DNA of 61,100 nucleotides, the filler included, from Diploschistes diacapsis (taxonomy: Eukaryota), in the NCBI GenBank assembly GCA_023645945.1. It is 5 parts of 5 records of this genome, joined end to end, with 100 filler letters (N's around TTAATTAATTAA, not from the genome) between each part and the next. Parts side by side here need not be neighbours in the genome. Positions count along the whole stretch, not along the records: positions 23,106 to 30,693 come from JALAIB010001269.1; positions 30,794 to 61,100 come from JALAIB010000127.1; 3 more parts are not named here. One strand, written 5' to 3'. Of this stretch, positions 23,106 through 35,167 are shown piece after piece. A program made the translations under genes and the position numbers. The first letter of the stretch is position 1; each line of letters begins with the position of its first letter. Under the pieces are notes generated by a model. It searched no databases. It saw only the letters and a program-made list of their open reading frames with translations, and was not told where the DNA came from.

Positions 23106-23419
23106 CCCCCCATTCCCCTTGCAGTACTACCAGTCTACCGCAGAAGTCACAGACTACAGACTACGGGTGTTTTAGTGCTCCGGCGACAGTCCAAATTTAG
23201 TAAGGCACTAAACCTTTTATGTCGATACGAACAAGGTAACGAATGAATGTATCACGAAATTACCCACCATCCGATGCCTTCGTGTTCAGCTTACCTAAGA
23301 CAGTTGTAAGTTATTCCATATGGGAGGTATTATGCGTAAGTGTCCGTTTAGGGAGGGGTTCGTTCAGCTTTGGAGTAAAATCCTGATTGTTACGTTACGG
23401 GAATATCTGTACCCGTAAG

Positions 23420-23480
23420 ACTACTACTAGTTAGTACTACTACTACTACTACTGCTACTACTACTACTACTAGTAGTAGG
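23420..23480. repeat. (TAC)n/(TAG)n microsatellite upstream of chitin synthase
   Basis: Directly visible. Confidence 0.85.
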
Positions 23481-23840
23481 AGGCTGAAATAGTGGCTGAA
23501 TACGAGGAGGCCACCTGCAAAATGCAAAGGAGTACGATCTACTTCCACGGGCGCTAGATACTTGTCCCATCTACAGCTCTTCACCATAACAAACCCCTGT
23601 TCACGACCTTCTTCTAATCTTCCTGGAATGTATGGTCTTTCCTTCAATTTGCACTCTGTTTTCCTACATTCGCTTTGAAGCCTGTCTGCCTTCCCCGAGT
23701 CACTGAAGTCTCATCGTTCTGCTCCCTCGGCGCTTTGCTTGAACAGCGGCCAAACATGATCCTTCTCTGAGAGGGCTCCTACAATATTTCTAGGACGTCC
23801 TCATCTATTTGCTTGCATTTTCCCTTTCTCACTGCCCATC

Positions 23841-26800
23841 ATGGACAAGCGAGCATCAGCCTACTCGACCCTTTCCGCCGCTTCAGGCGTCCGAGCACAG
23901 CAATCCAGTCAAGTCTCGACAACCACTTTGCTCAACAACCTTCATGTGAGCTACACCTCTGGCCAGACATGCCCTCTGGATGCAAGTACAACCCTGGTCG
24001 TCAACACCTGGCTCAATGCCACGGAATCGGGTAATGCGATGGCCGTAGATGGTGACATGGGAACAAGGGCATGGGAGCACGCCAGAAGACGGGCTGAGGA
24101 TGGCTGTATTGCTCTGTGGTATGTTCTCAGCTTCCACGCGGTTTGCTCGTACTGAACGGCTTCTAGTTCTCTCCATCCCTCCACTCCTTCGTGTCTAATG
24201 CCTTTCATCTCCACGCTGCCTTTCTCGATTCCATCGTCCGTCTATACTACGCTCTCTGTTCTTCGGCCATTCACCTGCCACGTAACACCCGTTAATGCTT
24301 CGCAAGCACGGCATTCAGCCCTGGCTGTCACTTTCAACCTCTCATTATCTGGCACTCTTGTGGGCGCTTCAATAAGCTTGCCAACGTCGGGCATAGACGT
24401 TAACAAAGGCCTGTTGAACATTCCCGCGGAAGCTGGCTACCGTGCCTTTGACGTTTTCTATTATCTCATTACTGCAGCATCAACGCCGGCCGAAAGGGAG
24501 TTCCTTGGCTTGAAGGACCTTTCTCATTACAGTCTGCTCAACCGTTCCCAGACCTTTGACCCGCCTTCATACCTACCCACAGCCGACGATGGAGCAGCGG
24601 CGGAGGATTTCAGGATTGCGCTGAAACAGATCGGGATCAAGGGCGCTGCACACAGGAATTTGATCTCGATTCTGGCGGGATTGCTCAAATTGGGGGACAC
24701 GCTGGGGTTTTTGATCGACGGCGACGAGCTTGATCAAGTATGCGAGGAAGTTGCGGGCCTGCTGGGGCTGGAACCGGAAGCTCTCGCACAGAAATGCTCA
24801 ACAGACGATCGGAGGCACCTAATCTCGGGCCTCTACGAATGTCTGGTGGACTGGATTCTTCTCAAAGCGAACCACACCATTCAGGCCGAAGTGCAGAACA
24901 TGAAGGAGGGTTCGTCGAACGACGGCAGTGCGATCCTGACTCCCCGGACCGATGATGACGATACGGTTAGTCTTTCGGTGGTCGAGATCCCCAACCAGGA
25001 TCTTGGAAAGGCGGTGGCCTTGCGCGGGGTGTTTGATGATACCGCCGGCATCAATGCTGAAATGAAAGACGACGGCGTCCAGATCATACCGGCCGGCGCT
25101 TCCGTATTGAAAGAGATGGCCAACGCAATTAGCGATGTCTCCGCCGAACTGGGTGCCACAAGCACCCCGGAGGGACGAGATAGAGAATTCGAACTTGACA
25201 GGCGACAGGATGTTCTGGAAAGAGTCGGTCTCGAAGCCGAAGATGGCTGCTTCTTGAAGACCATACTGTATCCGGTTGAAGGCGAGGGCGTCAACGTTGG
25301 CAGGCATGCTCGCTTCGTGTTGCCCATCATGCTTGGATCGAGCAGAGTCTGGTATCACCTCAGTCTGTATCCGACCGACGACATGCCATCCCGCTTGGCC
25401 TCGCAATCGAACCCTGCCTCAACGTGGTCTGCAGGTACTGTTTCCCGTCAACTCCGAGCTTGGAGGCTTCCCGAGTGGGCGAACCGACGGAACAAAAACA
25501 TTGATTTCACGGCGGACTTTGACATTGAAGAGTTCGTGTCAAGATATTCTCCCTTGGGTTGTGGCGAAGGTCGCGATGGCGTCGAAAACTGGCTACTGCA
25601 GCGAGGGTGGAGCAACGGCGAAGCCGTCATCGGTCGCGAGCGTATCTGGATACGAGAGGGTGCGTGGTGGGAAGCCGAAAGCATGTTGGACCTGAAGCCC
25701 GAAGCCGCTCCTGTTAATCCATTTGCGAGTCCTGCCTTTGACACACCGTATTCTGCAAACATGGAAGGAGCGCAACAAAGCGGTTTCTTCGCTCCCATGC
25801 GCGAGGAAGAAGCGAGTCGTGAGGATCTTCTCCACCCCCAGCCATCAAGCTACGTGGACATCGAAAAGCCTCTGAGAAGCGGAGCAAGATCTACAATGGC
25901 TCCCACAATTGCGAAGACACTCAACACTAGAATGGGCGACTACGGCTTGGGTGCTAAAGGAGATGACCGCAGGGATTACGAAGGCGAATACGACGGTCAT
26001 TTGGATCCAGAAATGGGAGAGCCCAAGTCCATCACTTCCCAGAAAATGAACCTCACTCGTCGTCTATGGACCATCTTCGTCTGGACCGTGACATTTTGGA
26101 TACCTTCGTTTGTACTGCGATATATTGGGCGGATGAAGCGTCCTGACGTTAGAATGGCTTGGCGAGAAAAGCTTACCCTGGTTGCCCTGATCTTCCTTTT
26201 GAACGGATTCGTCGTTTTCTACATTATCGAATTCGGCAATCTTCTGTGTCCCAACTTTGACAAAGCGTGGAACCCCGATGAAGTTGCCCAGCATCAGGGA
26301 GACAATGACTTTTACGTTAGCTTCCGCGGTGGAGTGTATGACATCTCCAAGTTCTGGGAGATCAACCACAGTGATATTACTGGCGAAGTCGCCGACAAAA
26401 CAACCATGCAACCTGCCGCTGGTCAAAATGTTGACGAGCTTTTCCCGCCGCCTTTGACTGCTGCGTGCGATTACTTCGTCAAGGATCCCACGGTAAAGCT
26501 GGAGGCTAACAACACTCCAACCGGCTCATATGCTTTTGTTCATACTTCCGGCTCCCAGACGCAGTTCACCAGCTCCAAACTTCACGATCCCAATTGGTAC
26601 GCTGGCACCCTCCTTGGAAAGATGGCCGAATACTACATCGGCGACCTCGTCTATGATCAGGGCAACGTCTCGGCTCAAGGCACACAAGCAGGACACGAGT
26701 GGGTGATCATCAACGGCAGGATCTACGATCTGACCGATTACTTCCACACAGTTTCAGTGATGACCAATTTGCCGCAGTACCAGTGGCTTCCGAACGAGGT

Positions 26801-29236
26801 CACACAGCTTGTTCAGTCGAACGCGGGCCAAGACATTTCCAGTTCCTGGGGTAAGGATGCCAACTTCACTGCGTCTCTGAATTGCTTCAACAACCTGTTC
26901 TACGTCGGAATACCAGATTTCAGAGAGTCCGCCAGATGCCAAGTCAACAACTACATCCTGCTTGCTTTCACGATCATCATATGCGCCGTGATTCTGATCA
27001 AGTTCTTGTCCGCACTGCAATTCGGCTCAAAGCGTCGGCCTGCCCCACAAGACAAGTTTGTGATCTGCCAGGTTCCCGCTTACACGGAGGGCGAGGACGC
27101 GATACGCAAGGGTTTGGATTCACTCACCGCTCTCCAGTATGACAACAAAAGGAAGCTCATCTGCGTCATATGCGATGGAATGATTGTTGGTGGTGGCAAC
27201 GACCGTCCGACGCCCAAGATAGTTCTGGACATTCTGGGAGTCGACCCCAAGATCGATCCGCCGGCGCTTCCCTTCAAGTCCGTCGGTGCAAGCAGCGAGC
27301 AACTGAACTATGGAAAGGTTTACTCTGGACTGTACGAATACGAGGGCAACGTCGTCCCATACATCGTCATCGTCAAGGTCGGGAAAGAATCCGAGCAGAC
27401 AAAGTCGAAGCCAGGCAACAGAGGGAAACGAGACTCGCAGATTCTGCTTATGAGATTCCTCAACCGCGTGCATCATCGATCGCCAATGTCACCGCTCGAA
27501 CTGGAAATCTTCCACCAGATCAACAACATCATCGGGGTTGATCCCGAGCTCTACGAATACCTCTTCATGGTCGACGCCGACACTTCGGTGAGGGAAGATT
27601 CCTTGAACAGGCTCGTTGCTGCTTGTGCGAACGACTCCAAAATTGCCGGCATTTGCGGCGAAACCAGTCTGCAGAATGAGGAAAGGAGTTGGTGGACCAT
27701 GATTCAGGTCTACGAATACTACATCTCGCATCATTTGGCAAAGGCTTTCGAATCGCTCTTTGGCTCCGTCACCTGTCTTCCCGGATGGTATGTTCGGTGC
27801 AGCACCCTTGCCATTTCCCGCTAACCTCGGAGTAGCTTTTGCATGTATCGTATGCGTACCGCCGACAAGGGCCGCCCGTTGATCATCAGCGACAAAATCA
27901 TCGAGGAGTACAGCGACGGCAACGTGGACACCCTGCACAAAAAGAACCTTTTCTCGCTCGGTGAAGATCGATACCTGACGACGCTGATGACCAAGCACTT
28001 CCCAGCAATGTCGTACAAATTCATTCCCGACGCTTTCGCAGCAACTGCCGCGCCCGAATCATGGGGAGTACTCCTGTCACAAAGACGACGATGGATCAAC
28101 TCAACGGTTCACAATCTTGCCGAATTAGTCTTCCTCAAGGATCTGTGTGGATTCTGCTGCTTCAGTATGCGCTTCGTGGTGTTCATCGATCTCTTTGGAA
28201 CTTTGATCCTGCCGGCTACGACTGCGTACATCGGTTACATCATCTACAAGCTTGCGACGCACTCGGGTCAAACGCCCATCATTTCAGTAGCGCTGATCGC
28301 TGGCGTCTACGGTCTCCAAGCTCTGATCTTTATATTGAAGAGGCAATGGCAGCACATTGGATGGATGATTATCTACCTTCTCGCCTTTCCCATTTATTCT
28401 TTCGCACTGCCCGTCTACTCTTTCTGGAAGCAAGATGATTTCTCTTGGGGTAACACGCGTATCGTCATTGGCGAAAAGGGCACGAAGCAAATCATCTCCA
28501 TGCAAGACGAAGGATTCGACCCCCGCAGCATCCCGCTCCAGCGATGGGACGATTACGCAGCTGCGAACAATCTCCCTGGGAGGCGAAGCCAGGGCAACTT
28601 GGAGAAGGCTTATGATCCTGCATACTCTGACAACGCCTACGAGATGGACGAGATGCGCTCGGTGTATTCTTCGGCCAGGCCTGCCTCGACTGTCCTCACA
28701 GGCTTTCACAACCACCCTCCGGCCTACATGCCCCCCCATATGAGCCGCCACGCTACGATGACGAGCGTAGGCAAATACACCGATGCGCCTCAATACCAAC
28801 CAAGAGTTTCGCCAAGGAACGGCACGCCAGATCCCCTCTCCCCGTACCGCGATAATGCATCAAATGGCAGACACACGCCGATGAGGCAAAGCCAGGACAA
28901 CCTCCTCGGCACGCACTCGCCGGGCATGAGGTCTTCACAGATCCTTGTGGGTGCAAGCCGACCAGGCAGCCAGATGGATTTGCACGCAATGCAGAGCAGC
29001 CCGAATGAGCTCGCTATCACCGACGCAGTTCGCAGCTGCCTCGCCGAGGTTGACTTGGACAGCGTCACCAAGAAACAAGGTTAGTAGCGCCCCGTTGGCG
29101 CAAGAATGATGGACCCCATAGCTAACTTGGACTCACAGTTAGAGCACTAGTTGAGCAACGCTTACAGACGGAGATTGTGGGAGAACATCGGGCCTTCCTC
29201 GATCGTCAAATTGACAACGAGCTTTCAAATATGTAA
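23841..29236 (+). CDS. csmB: Class VII chitin synthase (degenerate myosin-motor-like domain, cytochrome b5-like domains, synthase core, DEK_C), 4 exons (23841-24118, 24167-27787, 27836-29079, 29139-29236)
   Basis: [13 protein letters not shown]-terminus, [50 protein letters not shown]. Confidence 0.93.
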
Positions 29237-30308
29237 AGAAGAGCGAAATGACTTGTTTTCAAAAAGCATGGAGCGGCATGCGCGAGGTATTTCAGCGGCG
29301 CATTTGGGATCTGATTGGCATTTCTATTGGGGCGATGGAACTGTTAAAGAGCAACGATACGGACTCGCCCGGCGGGCGACGCATTTGTGCGAGAATGGTA
29401 CGGCGGATCGATCAATCTATTGAGATCGAGAATTGAAGGCAAAAGCCTTCTTACGGCAAATAAGTAGTATTTAATCACAGCGAAAGAAGGGACTTTCTTG
29501 TAGATAGATGGATAGGTAGCCCATACAGCAAGCTATACTGTACAACCATGACTTGACCCCCCCCGGTACACAATGTAGGATGATGCATGCATGCAAGCTC
29601 GATGATCGCCGCGAAGACCTCTCCCGAAGTCGCACAGCGTCAATCTCTGTACGACTACGAGCTCCCTCGAATTTGTACTTGACATGTATTCTGCAACCAG
29701 CACCCGGATACAACTCTTGACATACATACAATACGCATGTCTCGTGGCTCATTCATCAACCCGAACCACACAGCCCCCATTCACGATGATACCCATCTAC
29801 CTACCCATATCCATGCCGAGCGATTGCGGGCAGCCATGTCTGTCTTGCATACCTATCCTTGGACGAAGCGAAGTGCTCGGTCACTTTGTGGGTTTTTGGG
29901 GGTTGTCGAGCTTGACTAGACCATGGCATCAAGGATAGGGGGGGAGGAGAGCTGATGGATTATGGCTCTGGTCTGAATCATGCTGCCTAGGTAAAGGTAC
30001 AGTATCGATATCTCTTTTTTTGGGAACGGCTTCGCTCGAACGGAGGTCATATTCATCGCTGTCCCTTTTTCTACACTTAATATAGACACGTTGTTCGAGT
30101 ATCCAGGTCGTACGTCCTCTTTTGCTCTTGCGCTTTGAAGTTGGATTAGAAGAAGCTGTGTTGTGGATTTCATGGTTCTTGTGGCATCGTTTTCCTGCCT
30201 CTTATTTCTCTATTCCTTATTCTTGGATAGCCGTTGTGCGTCTCGTTTGGAGGGAAGTAGCCCGTTAGGAATTCGATTGGATAAGTTAATCTAAGGTGCG
30301 GGCAAGCC

Positions 30309-30629
30309 ATGTGAGTATCGAGTCTCTCCTGTGGCACCGTAACCCACCACGTCCACATGTGGAACTGTACCCTTTGATGGCGTTGGGATGCTTACTACAG
30401 GGCAGGTACACCGCTTCGTTCGCTTTCTTCGAGGCACTGTGGGAGGTAAAGAGCCCCTTGATATACCACACAGCGTCTTCGTGCCCGGATTCACTAAGAT
30501 ATCAAGGCCGGAGTACAAAACTGCTTCGTCAACCTCGGCTCCGACCACCCCAGCATCATCGAAGCCATCGTCAAGGGCCAGCAGGAGAAGCCAGATGCCT
30601 TCCCCAAGATATACACCTGTCCCAATGAG
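30309..30629 (+). CDS. 5' part of a thiamine-pyrophosphate-dependent enzyme (acetolactate synthase/decarboxylase-like), truncated by the contig end
   Basis: Spliced MYTASFAFFEALWEAGVQNCFVNLGSDHPSIIEA...IYTCPNE; exons 30309-30310, 30406-30445, 30507-30629. Confidence 0.85.
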
Positions 30630-30693
30630 GTGGGTCTGCACCCATACCCAACACGCTCCTTCGTTTGCTCCCCTTCCTCCATCTCCTCCCCCC

Positions 30694-30793
30694 NNNNNNN
30701 NNNNNNNNNNNNNNNNNNNNNNNNNNNNNNNNNNNNNTTAATTAATTAANNNNNNNNNNNNNNNNNNNNNNNNNNNNNNNNNNNNNNNNNNNN
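30694..30793. other. Artificial contig linker
   Basis: N44-TTAATTAATTAA-N44. Confidence 0.97.
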
Positions 30794-31068
30794 TTTAAAT
30801 AAAATGTTTCTTGCTTGGTTAAAGCAGATTTTAAAAGATTCAAAAATCCGCTTTTTCGAGTCGTCATTTTTAATTCGCTTAAAAAAAATAAATAATGCCG
30901 TAATCAATGTGCACTTCTTATATATGATAAATAATTGATTGGAAAGTAATATTCTGAAAAAAGAATAAAAATAACGATTAATTCCGAAGAATTATTGAAG
31001 ATTTAAACTATTTCTTGGCAAAAGTGGCCGGAATCTGGGGGTGGCCGGAATCCCCGTGAAACACGTTA
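30794..31068. mobile_element. Terminal fragment of a RIP-degraded Fot1/pogo-type DNA transposon
   Basis: Ends ...ACGT|TA (31063-31068) with the internal direct repeat GTGGCCGGAATC x2 (31024-31035, 31041-31052); interior very AT-rich. Confidence 0.6.
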
Positions 31069-34000
31069 ATCATTTCATCGATACCTCGTGTCTACTTTGT
31101 TGAGATAGAGATTATAACATATGGCTGGTTTTTTTTCTTTCTGAAGCTCAGGGGAGTTTTTATGGGAAATATTGATGTATAAAGTTATTGGAGTAATTTA
31201 GCTTTAACGGATAATATAAATTATTATCATATACGTTATATACGCTTTATACACTTATCGGCGGTTAAATGGATAATGGATTAATAATGAAAACGACAGC
31301 GGCGGCGAAGATATTCATAGCTTTAAACTTTTAAAATTGATTTTGTTCCATAAATACACCTCCGCATATAAAAATTAATACAAGTGCTTAAATAAGAAAA
31401 ATAAAAGGAATCGGGGTCCGTTAACTTAGTTAAATCCAATATGGATTTAATACCTAGTTTTGCGCTAACAATTAATATGCCCTTTACTTCTATATGTACA
31501 GTGGCCGCCAAGCTCTTTGTTCACCACTTAGCACCACTACTAGTACTCTAGTAGACTAACGCTTTCCATATCTGGGAACATCGAACCTCAAGCATCTTTT
31601 TATGACTTGATGGTTGAAAAAGGCCCGGGATTGGTACCTTCCTTCACATCACAGACAATGACGAGCCGTGGCATGGCATAGCCCATGTCAGCCCTCAACC
31701 AATCTAAAAACAGCCTTTGAATGGACTAACATTTATTGACAGCTTACAGAGTACGCGTTCAGAGATTGCTGTCGATCCATCCCTCGCAAGCTTGGTTGAT
31801 CAATTACCCTCTTCTAGCATAAAAATGATCCGGGGTGGCCGCGACACAAATATTGCATAACCGGTCGAGAAGTACAGCTACCTTATCACACCGATTACGG
31901 CCACGGCAATATTTCGATAAGCGACTTGAAGTACCTTATATTTTGCACTACTACGGAATAGAGGTAGTAAGTAAGCATTCTACTTAGCACAGGGAGGGGT
32001 CCGCAGCTCCACAGCATGCTTTAACATCCCCGTACTGCGTGCGGCCCTTGTTCCCCGTAGTGGTTCGCGATGTGGAACCAATTGGGTTTCCAACGCTCCA
32101 TTCCACCATGCCTGTGCTCTTCAGAGAATCCACACCAATCACAAATTCACTGAACCATGATTTCAGGACAAGGACGACTTGATGTCGGCCACCCCCTCCA
32201 AACGCCATGTCGGCACATCCTGAGGGTGACACACTTGCCAAATGAGCGGAAGCAGGCAACTTTCTCCGCGATGGTCGATCCGGTCAGGATGGAAATACAC
32301 CCCTTGGGCAGCAGCCAAGCTGTGGAGGGTTGAAGACTGGGCTTCAGGGACCTGCCATGGGACTGTTGGGTTGAAGGGCGATTGCCGTCTACGGAATTTC
32401 GAACTACTTTAAACAGTGACACGTGAGTATGTTCGCTTGCCCCTTGCCCACCGTATTCGTTACTTTTACTTTCTTCCCAATGGCTTCTTTGGGTTTTGTG
32501 CAACTTATACCTTGGAGTTCGGTGTTTGGCTTTCATGACCAGTTCCTGTGCTGCGATCACGCTTTGCCCGGTCTGAAATGACCTTTTCACCTTGCATTCC
32601 ATTCGTTCTCTCAGCTTCTGATTGTACCTTGCCGTACACATAGTCTATGCTTTTCCGATTGCGGACCTGGCTCTCCATCTTTCGTTCATTTCTATAAGCC
32701 CATGTCCTATTCTGACCAACCATTTCTTCCTCTGCTTCATTGAGTTTCGATATTCCTGCCCTATATCTCTTAAGCAGCATACCTCATCCACTTTGGGCTG
32801 GTCAATAGGGCGCGTAACAGGGACGTTGCGGCCGCTTTTACATTAAACGGCTCATTCCACACTTCGCGAAAATGCAGTAGGCGCTGTCGCTCGACTCTTT
32901 TGGCTCCGATCCCGCCGGGCTGGCGAAGGTAGTGCTTTGGTTAATTGTCTCAGCCTGTAACGATTCCAGCTACGACCATCCGGACTTCCTGGGCGACATT
33001 CTCTACTTGCTCAAACCCGACACCTTTGGTTGCTCGACCCCAGAACAGGTGGAATACGAGGCGGCGTTTTACGCCATCGGCTCTCCATTTCAAAACCGAT
33101 GGTAGCGCAGCACCCACGCTCTCTCCTTTACTTTCGCGTCAGCGATATCGTTACGTTGAACAGGGCAATCATCCACTTCAGGTACAACCCATCGGCGTTG
33201 AAATATTGGCTCGCCACTTTATTTTTGTGGGGGCTAAAGCAATAGACAGGGACTAATGCACTAAGGAGAGTAGGGTGAGCTGACAATTGAGCAGCGATAA
33301 AAGTCGTGTGTTGGTGGCTTTCTAACAAGCCAGGTATCCCATCCTACACCATATTCAGATCATTTGCATCCTCAATCCGCCTCAACGTTCATTCTGAAGA
33401 GCGAGCTTATCTCCTCAAACTTCAGGCAAAGGATGATGTCGGGTTCTTGGAAAGTGTCAGTTCCGTTTCTCATCAACTCTATCCCTATTTCCATGTTCAT
33501 TCCCCGCATCCAGAACAGATAAAGAGGAACAAGAAGTGGAAACATTTCTACCACTCCCAGGCGACTTAGACATACCACTCCTGGTTCTTCTTCTGAGCCG
33601 GCAGGGAAATACCTACACCTTTTATATCAACACCCTCACTGAATCGATATGAAGAGTCAATGCGGGAGTCTTCCATCCCTAACCCATGGAAACCCCCCCG
33701 TCTTCACCGCCCCCACTCCTTTCTTTTCAGCGATGTCCACATCCACTTTACTCTAAGCCTCCTTTTGCTCCGGGAGCCCTCCACAGCCTCTCGAGCCGTG
33801 CCCGAGCATAGTCGTCCTCCCGCGACCTTGTCTTCCACTGCCCCAGTTTTCTGAATACAACTTTCTTTCCGTTTATCTTTGATCCCCTTGCCGAGGGGAT
33901 TCTCGTGAGTCCGAAGTTCGTTCCGAGGCCCTTTCATGCAGTTCCAAGGCACCGTACTTTTTGTATTTCTTGGAATATCTACTACAGCAACCAAGTTAGG

Positions 34001-34254
34001 GGGGGGTTTTTTATTCCGTCCCACCAAGCGTGGAGACGTGAGGAATACAACGAGCGAGAGCCTCCGGCCTGATATATGCGGCGGCTGCTCTGCCATCCGC
34101 CATGTCCTCCTACGTGACGTGCTCTCTTAGTAAGCGCTTGCGCTTGCTCTTGAAAGTCCACGCTTGCCTTCGAGCGTTATGACGGGTCGTGGACCTTAAA
34201 ACCCAAGGGCCCATGGGCTGTCATAACGCGGCTTGCCTCAACGGCAGAACACGC

Positions 34255-34318
34255 GACGACGACGACGACGACGAGGAGGAGGAGAAGGAGGAGGAGGAGG
34301 AGGAAGAGGAGGAGGCAG
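34255..34318. repeat. (GAC)n(GAG)n compound microsatellite
   Basis: Directly visible. Confidence 0.9.
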
Positions 34319-35167
34319 TATGTCTCGATTGCTTTTTGAACTGCTCCGACTACTCTGCTTTGAACTGTTTCGGATTACTTTGCTTGGATTGCTTGGTTTC
34401 GACCGCCTCGAATATTTTCAACTATTTTTGGACCGCTGCACTCCTGGCACTTGCTTGCTTATCCCCTTCCTCCCCCCCCCTCTTGTAGACACGATCGCAA
34501 CAAAACACCGAACCAAGGCAAGTACGGGGGAGGGTAGATAGATGGACTGGCCTTCGAAACCCGAGCCTACTATGAGGGTTTTGTTTTACTTGCTTTCTCC
34601 CGTCTACGGCTCCAGGGGATGGGAGGCTTATCTTTTCCGGCCTGTGGAAAAGAAGGATGTACACCGTTTAAAGAACAGACCTTGAACTTTTTCCCCTTTC
34701 CAAAAACAAGACACTGAAGTTGCCGTCGAGGAATGAAGGCTCTCTCTTTTGGAGATGGACATGTGCATTTTTCAAAGCAGCTGATGTGGATGCATACATG
34801 CATATACATTCACGCTCCCTTCCCTTCCTGTATCGCAAGTCGCACTGTATGTACATTTTCTATCCATCACCACCACTGGATCCAGCAACCCGTCCCTCCC
34901 AGCCGGAACGTAACAAAAACACCATCCGTCTAGCCTATCGCGATACAAAAGCAATAATGCCGCTGGCCTAGCCCAGGCCTATCGTGCAAAGGGAAGCATG
35001 GCCGTGTGTAGGCGGCAGCATGCTTGAAGCGGGTGTTGCAGAGTAGGCGCAGGTGCAAGCAAGCAAGCAAGCAACCTCCAAGCCTCCAAATCATTTTCTT
35101 CCATCCGCCAGAACCCCGAAACACCTTGCATGTTAACCTTCGTCGTGTAGAAGCCGAGCCAGCACGC

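Noticed and set aside
34175..34229. 10-bp inverted repeat GCGTTATGAC...GTCATAACGC
   Set aside because: Short and isolated, with no TSD or recognisable RNA family features
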